Shown piece after piece: positions 55,569 through 64,000 of a stretch of DNA of 64,000 bases. The notes under the pieces are model-generated. The model searched no databases. It worked only from the letters and a program-made list of their open reading frames with translations, and was not told the DNA's origin. Positions within the stretch are counted from its first letter, which is position 1. Each line of letters begins with the position of its first letter. Origin of the DNA: Trypanosoma brucei (taxonomy: Eukaryota). Made by a program: the position numbers and the translations under genes. The DNA is taken from contig CP000070.1 in assembly GCA_000002445.1 (NCBI GenBank), forward strand, positions 1,568,001 through 1,632,000, read 5' to 3'.

Positions 55569-57750
55569 GGCATCGACCACTGGTGTGCACATAAATGTCC
55601 CTTCCCTGAAAAGGTCCAAGGGGAATGCGCTAGACAAAAGGAAGAAGTCTCACGTATTGAAAAAGGTGGAAGTAAGGAAATCAGATTACCAGGTTTGGAG
55701 AGATGGCCATGTGGGGTCACGCACCTTCTCTGGCGCAGAAATGATAATCTTCGAAAATACGGAAAAATATAGAAGCAAGTGAGCGCCGGAATAATAGCTT
55801 GTGTCCATCGCGTAGGGGCGGTGCCGACAGAAATGGAGTTGAGTACGCTACGGGAAATAGAGGACAAGCCCCTTGTCGTAGAAGAAGGTAGGGGTATTTA
55901 GGGCTCATGCCACCATCGCTTTCCCATATGGCGGGCCGAACTAGAACGGAGGATGGGCTTTTAGGTTGTATATAGAGGGTGGTGCTCACGTGTCAAAAGA
56001 AGTGTGGCAATTTCGAGGTAATCTATGTTTTCCCACCGCGATATTGAGAGGGGGGGAGGAGATGAGATAGAGGATCAAATTTCGGGCGAAGGAAGCGACC
56101 TCCGACAGGCACACTTGGCTTGAACCGTGGATGTTTGGGCGGGTGCCACGAGGAGGGTGCGCGAAGAACACACCGGCATCGAGGCCGGATTAGTACGAGC
56201 GTGCGGGGGAGAAGTCTTTTCGGTGGCGTTGGACCGGCACCAAAGACGCAATGCACCGAAATGGGGTAAATTATCCTTTCGCAGTTCTACAATGGAATCC
56301 CCAAACACCGCAGACGGCTCCAGAGCGCTCCCCCAGCAAGAGTAGTAGCGAGCGCAGACGGTGAGATTACGAGAATAAGGTCAGAAGCTAGAAAGGGATG
56401 AACCAAACGTACTGACGCCCCGCGAGGCATTCACAGCACCCCCGCCCCCGAATTTGGGACGAGGAGAGTTAACAATCCAGTGATACGCTCGGAGTAAGAG
56501 CCCCTCCCCTCCGGTGTTGCGGCATGGTAAAACTCACCGAATAAGTATGGATGCAATCCGAAAACGGAATCGAAATATAGAGGAACGCGCAATAACATCA
56601 GCGCGTGCCCGGGTTCGCCCATTATTTTCGTGGGGAAAGAAAAGTTGAAAAGATAACAAAGCCGGAGCGCAAGGGGGCAGCGAGAGCGGAACGACTGCGA
56701 ATTGGCCGCGCAAACGCTAAAAAATACAACCAAGCGATCGCCCGAGGCTCGCGGGTCAAGGACCGACGACGACATTTGTGTCCCCTGCCCTCTACTCCAG
56801 AAGGATTTGAAGCTAAGGGCATCTCTTCGAGGCGCTCTGAAACATCGGGAAATACTGGACGTCATTGCTTTCCAAGCGGCAGGTAGTGAGACATGGGCCG
56901 TCTCTGTGGCCCACCGCTGTGCGGGGAGAAGATGCCTTAGGCGCGACCTGCTTTCGTAAGGTCGGTTTGGAGGTGGGCCCATGGCTGCCGTTGAGTTCGA
57001 ACAAGAGATTTGCTGTTGGAATCAAAGGGTCTTTTGTGAGGGGGATGAAAAGGGTGGGGACACACGGAAACCGGTTCCCTGGTCAAAGTGGTGAGGCTTG
57101 CGTGGGACTTTCGAAAGGGGCAGAAATATAAAATGACTGCGTAGGGAAACACCGCCAGACGAAGGCCAAAAGGGAGAACCTGCGGGGGGTGCTACCCCAC
57201 CGCCTCAGGTTTAGAGCGTGGTGAAGGGCTGAGCCCTCAGTATAGCACACATGCTGCTGCGGAGATTTTGGCAAAGATCAAGACGGTTTCGTTGCCAGCT
57301 GGTCCCTTAGGCACCTGTCCCCTTTCTTTCCCACAGCAAGTAGTCAGAAGAATTACAACGTCAGTGGGCCGCGTCACGAAGCGAAAAGAAGAGCAGAAGA
57401 ATAGAGTAAGAAATAAGGAAAACTTGGTAACCCGCAGGGGCTGTATCAGGCGCAGGTGGTGCACGTGACGCGCACAGGGCACAGAGAACTCACAGTGAGC
57501 GATATTCACGCACTAGCCACATCCACCCAACGTGAAGTAAAGCAACTTGTCCCGAAAATTCGCTTGCTAAACAAAAACACGCGCAACTATGCATAGCAAC
57601 GGATAGAATAGTTCATAAAGTGTAAGCAAAAGTCAAAAACACTCACCGTCACTCCTATATATTACCGTACACACGCCACTTTGCCGTCACCCACAAAACC
57701 ACTAAATAAATAAAACGACACAACATACCCTAACAAAAATGTAACACATC
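55569..57750 (-). repeat. right arm of inverted repeat (reverse complement of 50590-52771)
   Basis: As above. The unique 2.8-kb spacer 52772-55568 lies between the arms. Confidence 0.9.
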
Positions 57751-58782
57751 ATATAAAAATTAAAAATGTATGATAATATTATACTTCTTCGCTGCAGGCA
57801 TTACTCAAAAAAGCTTCAGTAAACATCACGACCCATCACACTTTCACCGCTTTCGCTGCCCTCAGTATACTGCTCTCATCCACCACATATTCACCTAGAG
57901 GCCCTCACACGGTGACCGTTGGCCCCGCTATCTAAACCGATTTGTGTGCCATATCCCTCATTCCTAGTGCCTTCACCATTGGTGTCTACATTACTGGTGT
58001 TGTCAATCCCGTTAGATTCGTCTCCGCCTGTACCCACAGCCGTTGTCCCCCGATCGGTACTCAGCAACGGACTGCAAGCACTGAGGTTAGCAGAAACATC
58101 AAATACAATCTACCCACAATTACTATCCAACATATGACTGGCTTCACATCAGTGAAAACAGTGACAAACTATGATATCACATTGGGCGACTAACAGAATC
58201 AGAGGGTGAAAACGAAATGAAGAAATCAATCGAAACATGGAAGTTAACACCTAAGCAGAGGAACTTAGAGCCTACAATAAACAGAGAATCCCACAACACA
58301 CACCCCAACAAACAGGCAAAACAGTAATGGGGCACACGGAAAAGAAACGAAGCAACCTGCACGATATTAGGTGACAACAATCCAATAAGCCAACAGTGCT
58401 TCGGATCGTATACTGCCCACCCACACATACAAACACTCCTGGACTAACGAGAGGGAAAGGTAAGTGACCGGGAGCTGTTTGCCGGACATGCAAAGATAGT
58501 TTAAAAGACGCAGGTAAGTGGCATCGGCTTACAACAAGAGGGTAGCAGTATATCAATGATGAAAGAAAATATTAAGCAAAGTTCACGCGGACGCTCGTGT
58601 TAACTATCAATGCGTGAAACGCAACACGAAAATGAAAGCAAGCTACGCTGAGGTAACAATAATCTACATGGACATCAAAGAAAAAACATAAGTGTAAGAT
58701 GGCACGCACCCGCACATGCATTGTAAGAAGTAACATCTTCCAAGTACATTGCCGCGAGCTGCCTCAGCAACATCAGGAGAGG

Positions 58783-61700
58783 CTAGAGGTCACCCTTCAG
58801 CACCGTAGCCTCTACTGTGCTCCGCCGTGACAGGGCCTCAGACGCATCGGAGCTTGCTACAATACCAACCGACGCCAAATCACCGTTATCGCCAGGGTAA
58901 TTGGACCTTGATAGCAAAGGCGAACGCAAAACTTCAATACCAAGCAACGAAGGTTGGACCCCACCCATTAAAATAGTCGAAGAATTTAGGGAGTTATGTC
59001 CCACACGAAAGTCCGCCACGCGCCCAACCCTTACCGCTATACGGCAAACCACTTCCCGGCAGTAGGCCTCAGACCATCCGCTGTTCTTGCGCAACAATGA
59101 CACACGCCACCGTTCGCACAGAGGTAACAGCAGATTCTGCCGCTGGGCTGGTGCGAACACACCGAGCAGCGAATTCAGGGATATGGCAACCTGCCTGGCA
59201 GAATCAGTTAACCCAGCATGTAGAGAACTCACCTCACTCAACGAGGGGTCCGCAACCTCATCGTCCAATCCAGGGCCATCGCGGTCCAGCCTCAGTGCAG
59301 CAAAAGTGCGACCGGGAATTGGGTTCAGCTGGTACATCTCCACAGGATTGGGAACACCGCGTAACGTTACAGGGCCCAGTGCAGTTACATCAAACTGCTC
59401 ACGCTCTACCACACTCAGCGACATGTAGGTCGCACGTGTCATCAGCACTTGCCCGCCGTTCGCAACACTCTCTGTCCTTGCTGCCATATTCGCTGTCCGT
59501 CCATAGTAGTCATATCCCTTCGTCACCTCATCGTACCGGATGTCGCACAGTCCAGTGTGGATCCCAACACGCACACGCAGGCCACGCCATAGTCGGCCGT
59601 ACACCTCACGGTCCAGATGTGCCGTCGGCGGAGTGTACCCTTCCTCTTCCTCGGCGCGCTGCAGTTCAAACTCACGGTATGACTCATCCAACGCAGCTGT
59701 CCCCCAATTGTGGTGCAAAAAGTTATGCTGCAAGTCACAAGCTAGACGCACAGCCGCAGAGGGGCTCCGGCACGCAATCATGAAGGAGTCCCCGACAGTC
59801 TTCACCTCGTAGCACCTGTAGTGCATAATCAACGCACGAATTAGCCGATGATGTGTCGCTACAGCGTCCGGCATCATCTCTGGGTGCGCCGCCCACTGTG
59901 CAGTACTGCTTTCGATATCTGTGAAGATGAGCGTCACGGGATCCGTTGGTTCCTTCGGTGCATTTGCGTTATCACGCGCATCCGCAAAATACCGACACAA
60001 TACGACAACGATCACCACTACTAGAAGCAAAAAAAACAAAACGGCGCCCACACAAACACCAATCAACCGTGCCCCCGTCAGTCTCCCAGCGTCACGGTCC
60101 TCATACTGCAGCAGTTGAGAGATTGGTTCGGCAATCGGTGGGACCGACGGATCCAGTGCACGTGCCATTGACCACACAGCAATACCTGTCGCACCGTAGT
60201 TTGTTAAACAGTCATTCCACAGACCCACCTCCACCTTGCCGCATCCCTCTGTGCCATACGGGCCGTAGCGCATGTCATCAGCTCGCAAATAAGTCTCCGA
60301 AAAAAAGAGATTCGACAGGGTATCTGCGTCCACCTTCTTTAATTGCGGGAGAACCGTCCGCAGCAAGTTTCCGGCAGCAAACCCCATTAACGACAGTGGT
60401 GTCCACTTCGACTTATCCTTCATAGCATTGTGAAACTTTTTCACAGTATCCGACGACGGGTTCCCATCAGCCCAGTGTGGAAGGTTTGTCGCGAACAGCA
60501 AACGGTTACTACTCGAGCTTCCAGGACCCTTATCCCTAAACACACGGACAAACGTCTGGTAGTATAATGCCACCTCAGTAAAAGGGACGTAAACGAATAG
60601 CTTGGGGTTGGCGCTGAGGTGCTTCGCAATCACCTCGACGTCGTCCTGTTTGAGGCCTATGACAAACACGTCACCCTCGCGGGGAAGATAGCCTGTGACA
60701 GAGACTGTCCCATTCAGCATTACCAAAGACTGAGGTTCCTGATAAAACCGACTCAGCGACATATTAACCACCTTTTCAATTCTATTTGATTCGGAGCTGC
60801 TGATGACAGAGTGCACCCCTATTGAGCCCTTCTCTCCCAAATACTTGGCGATCACAAACAGTTGCTGCTCCAGTGTGGCAGAGAGGTATATCACACGTTT
60901 GTTAGGTGTTCGGAGGCGAGGAACAAGAAGCACCGGATCAACAACAACGAAGGTCGATGTGCTCAGTAACGCTTCATCCGTAACGCCCATGACAACGGTC
61001 ACAAGCTTTTCCTCCTCCTCACGTTTTAAACGCTTCCAAATGGTGCCTGAGCTTGTGTTGATCCTGTGCAAGAAGAATCTATCGTAATCTCCGAGATCCC
61101 CAGTGCCCACAAGGAGACTCGCACCTCCATGCCACTCCTCGGCCGCGTTCAGTGACAATTGACTGTTATCCATAAACGTGGCAACAGCTGCCAGCGGGGC
61201 ATGAAGCCGGGACCCGTCCGTATCGCATCGAGATGTTCCCAACGCCATGAAACCACTCTTTACACTCTCCAGCCGAAAGCCCTCCACGAGCCTTTTCATG
61301 TATACTGCCTTACCACCCTGGTTACATTGACACGAAGCACCTAGTGCAGCGACATTATCGGGGCAATCACCACCATAATCTCCATACACAAGATCATCAA
61401 TTACGTAACGCCGTTGATTGTACAGAGACTTTTTGAACGTTGAACGGTTCTTCAGCCACTCACGGGAGCTCAGCGCCCGCGACAGCATTTCACCGATAAT
61501 CCACCCATACACCATCAGCTCACCATCATCATCATCCGTCAGATGACGATCAGACCTACCATAAAGTGATGCTCCGGAATGAGAAGCAAGGTACGCTTTC
61601 ATCTCCTTCTGAAAACGTTGGATCGCTTGATACTCATTATCCTTGGCGAGTGGGTTCGTTCCCGTGGTGATCACTTCCCCATGAGAATATCCACCACCCC

Positions 61701-62586
61701 GACCATATGTAGCATTTAAGGTTTCGACAACAAAATACTGTAGCGCAAAGGGAGAAAGTATACACGCACCAGATGTACGCTTGTCCTCTAGAAATTTCAG
61801 TAGAGCCTTTTTACCGTCATCTACGGGATACACGTACAGTATAACAGCCTGCGGATTCGTTGCCGCAAACTGATCCCACTCCCTTTGAAAACCTTCGCTG
61901 CTTGCAGATGCTTCCGTCGAGCTTTTCAGAGCGAATGTGCCACAAAGCCCATAGCCCATCCTAGCCATCGCCTGAACCACAAGTTGGTACTCAGTGTCAC
62001 CGAAAAATACGCCTTTTAAATACATAAATCCCAGACACCGTACACGCAGATGGGCAAGGGCATAACGCAGGAGGGCTAATGTCTCAGCGAGTGGATCCAC
62101 CGAGATAAAGTACAAGTTGGGCCGCCACCCTCTAACCGCACCAGAGCCTGTGTACGGAGCGAAACCGATAACCTCATTTTTCGTCAGTAAATCGAGTGAT
62201 TCCAAAACAGTTTTGTCACCAAGGGGTCCCAACACAACAAGAATCTTCTTCAGGTCACTGAATTCTTTTAATTTTTGTTCTAATGCTTCATTGACATTTT
62301 GCTCGGAAGTGGCAGGCGCAGAGAAACTAACAGTCACTCCCGGCTCGGTTATATTCTCACGGGCGTGAAATGAAGCAAGCACACCAGTATTAAGAGCCTT
62401 TACGGTGCCGTTGGATACAACACTTTTATGTAGAAGCGAAAATACCTCCACATTTATTTCTTCTTCAGCATTATCGCACAATACCATGGGTGCTTGCATA
62501 ACCTGCAGTATCACCGCAAGCAGAAACAGTTGCGCCACAGTGCCACACGGGACGCCACGAGGTCCCCAAACTGCTCTGTGAGGCAT
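58783..62586 (-). CDS. GRESAG4: receptor-type adenylate cyclase (GRESAG4/ESAG4-like)
   Basis: 1267 aa. N-terminal signal peptide. Large periplasmic-binding-protein-like ectodomain. Single TM helix IGVCVGAVLFFLLLVVVIVVVL. Class III cyclase catalytic domain with the trypanosome AC signature …LIFTDIESSTAQWAAHPEMMPDAVATHHRLIRALIMHYRCYEVKTVGDSFMIA…GLRVRVGIHTG…. Confidence 0.85.
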   Translation of the reverse strand: MPHRAVWGPRGVPCGTVAQLFLLAVILQVMQAPMVLCDNAEEEINVEVFSLLHKSVVSNGTVKALNTGVLASFHARENITEPGVTVSFSAPATSEQNVNEALEQKLKEFSDLKKILVVLGPLGDKTVLESLDLLTKNEVIGFAPYTGSGAVRGWRPNLYFISVDPLAETLALLRYALAHLRVRCLGFMYLKGVFFGDTEYQLVVQAMARMGYGLCGTFALKSSTEASASSEGFQREWDQFAATNPQAVILYVYPVDDGKKALLKFLEDKRTSGACILSPFALQYFVVETLNATYGRGGGYSHGEVITTGTNPLAKDNEYQAIQRFQKEMKAYLASHSGASLYGRSDRHLTDDDDGELMVYGWIIGEMLSRALSSREWLKNRSTFKKSLYNQRRYVIDDLVYGDYGGDCPDNVAALGASCQCNQGGKAVYMKRLVEGFRLESVKSGFMALGTSRCDTDGSRLHAPLAAVATFMDNSQLSLNAAEEWHGGASLLVGTGDLGDYDRFFLHRINTSSGTIWKRLKREEEEKLVTVVMGVTDEALLSTSTFVVVDPVLLVPRLRTPNKRVIYLSATLEQQLFVIAKYLGEKGSIGVHSVISSSESNRIEKVVNMSLSRFYQEPQSLVMLNGTVSVTGYLPREGDVFVIGLKQDDVEVIAKHLSANPKLFVYVPFTEVALYYQTFVRVFRDKGPGSSSSNRLLFATNLPHWADGNPSSDTVKKFHNAMKDKSKWTPLSLMGFAAGNLLRTVLPQLKKVDADTLSNLFFSETYLRADDMRYGPYGTEGCGKVEVGLWNDCLTNYGATGIAVWSMARALDPSVPPIAEPISQLLQYEDRDAGRLTGARLIGVCVGAVLFFLLLVVVIVVVLCRYFADARDNANAPKEPTDPVTLIFTDIESSTAQWAAHPEMMPDAVATHHRLIRALIMHYRCYEVKTVGDSFMIACRSPSAAVRLACDLQHNFLHHNWGTAALDESYREFELQRAEEEEGYTPPTAHLDREVYGRLWRGLRVRVGIHTGLCDIRYDEVTKGYDYYGRTANMAARTESVANGGQVLMTRATYMSLSVVEREQFDVTALGPVTLRGVPNPVEMYQLNPIPGRTFAALRLDRDGPGLDDEVADPSLSEVSSLHAGLTDSARQVAISLNSLLGVFAPAQRQNLLLPLCERWRVSLLRKNSGWSEAYCREVVCRIAVRVGRVADFRVGHNSLNSSTILMGGVQPSLLGIEVLRSPLLSRSNYPGDNGDLASVGIVASSDASEALSRRSTVEATVLKGDL

Positions 62587-64000
62587 ACCACGCGAGCTTA
62601 AGCCGCAGACGCAGATACCTTAGTTAACAAGGGAGTAAAATAAAATTGGGAGGAAAAACAATTAAAGGCTACTTTGTTCCACAGTGTTCGAGCAACAGCA
62701 ATGCACACGAAAGCAAAAGGAAGGGAGGATAGCATGGCACCAGTATGGAGTATGCCAAATGAAGAGATACACGCCAACTTAGAGAATAGTAGGATACATG
62801 GCATGGTATAGTCGGAGTCAAGGGGAAAGCACAGCACGACACAGACTCGACGCCACACGTCACTCAGCTTGCTAGCACCCTTACACGAAAAGGTCGCCTT
62901 ACCTGCACCATCCGGTATAATAACTGGCACACCAAATGATGCTTTCAGTTTTACCGCGCCGTCTAAATCGCGCGGTGTGTGGCGGCATACCTCCAGACCT
63001 TCACCCTTCCTAATACGCTCACCTGCACTCCACCCATAGGAGAGGCGTGTACGGATAACCTCCAAGTCAGCTACAATGGATGTGTCTTGCCAGAGAAATC
63101 ACACCTATCCATATTGCCACGGTATTCACTCAGCCTATCCAACCACTCTCTCTTAGGGCAATTTGCACAATAATACTTCTCGAGGCCCCGTGTAATGTCG
63201 CGCGCTTGGTCGCCAGCCTAAGGTCGCGCTCTATTACAAGCCTGTGCCAAGTTATCAAGGGATATCAATCGAACCTCCTTCGGCACACCGCTCCTGTTAG
63301 TACCAGAGGGCACACACATACATTATGATATTGGCTCCTCGACTCAGTAGCTTCGCCATCGTATTTATGCCGGGTAGGCAGGTAGAGAACCACCGGTATT
63401 CTGTTCCGTAGCACATCTTTGCCTGCACCAGTCTGAGGAAGAACGCCCGAAGCCACTCCTTTCTCGCGCCCCACTGCAACGAGGATAACATGCGCGGCTT
63501 CAGCAGCCACAATCTGACAGCCGCCGCCTTACCTTCAACACGTTTCGGAGATGACCCCCACAGGTTACAAACTGACGCCTGGTAGTTTCGGTCTCCTCAT
63601 CTTCCTTACCTTCGTTTCAGACACTGTGAAACTCAGTGAGCCTCGCACCAACACATCGTACAATGTGTATCCTCTCTGTTCGTCTGCCGACCCACGCGAA
63701 GCAGCCCTTCGACTGTCGACTAACGAGACCCCACCCATCATAAAGAATCCAACGAAACTGAGAGATATCCGCCTTCCAGCAAAGTATCGGCATATCCTCC
63801 GCAAAGCGGTAGTACTGGATGCCTGACATTCTATTCAAAGACTTGCTTGGTCGACCCGTTGTCATTATGAACAGAATAGGAACTAACACAGGACTATGTA
63901 CTACACCACATGTTAGTCCAGCACTCCTAGGCCACTTGTTGGTTACCCCAACACCCCCTGTTCGGTTGGACACAAACCTACTGATCTATCTTGTGACGTG

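Larger units (their letters stand above)
49700..58782. other. convergent strand-switch region between the + polycistron (ending with PAD8) and the – strand adenylate cyclase gene
   Basis: All credible CDS from 770 to 48821 are on +. The next credible CDS (58783-62586) is on –. No credible CDS in between. Confidence 0.7.

Noticed and set aside
1-64000. CRISPR arrays, rRNA or tRNA genes
   Set aside because: No short direct repeats with unique spacers. No recognisable tRNA A/B boxes or rRNA conserved blocks were spotted by eye in the strand-switch region. The context is eukaryotic (kinetoplastid). A tRNAscan/Infernal run would be needed to be definitive.

Overview
This window looks like trypanosomatid nuclear DNA, most consistent with the Trypanosoma brucei chromosome 7 PAD locus. 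The evidence is one long same-strand (+) polycistronic block from about 0.7 to 49 kb, (TA)n/(TG)n/poly-T intergenic tracts, and tandem gene families. The ORF track also calls GTG/TTG starts, so several CDS starts are re-set here to the first in-frame ATG. The + block encodes several hypothetical proteins, an ADO/PCO-like cupin thiol dioxygenase, a COQ6-like FAD monooxygenase, a cis-prenyltransferase (dehydrodolichyl-PP synthase), a LisH–WD40 protein, two tandem ATG8 ubiquitin-like genes (one ending in Gly, one in Gly-Cys), a 3-mercaptopyruvate sulfurtransferase, and a tandem array of eight ~590-aa nodulin-like MFS transporters. I take that array to be PAD1–PAD8. The array has three C-tail/3' flank classes, a conserved 5' flank, a 4.5-kb non-coding insert and a ~1-kb interspersed element in four copies. 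On the minus strand at the far end is a receptor-type adenylate cyclase (GRESAG4-like), which makes a convergent strand-switch region at about 49.7–58.7 kb. That region holds the most unusual structure in the window: a near-perfect ~2.18-kb inverted repeat (50590–52771 and 55569–57750) around a ~2.8-kb unique core. It has no convincing ORFs. It is a candidate dsRNA/siRNA-generating or termination/recombination element. No rRNA, tRNA or CRISPR features were found by eye.
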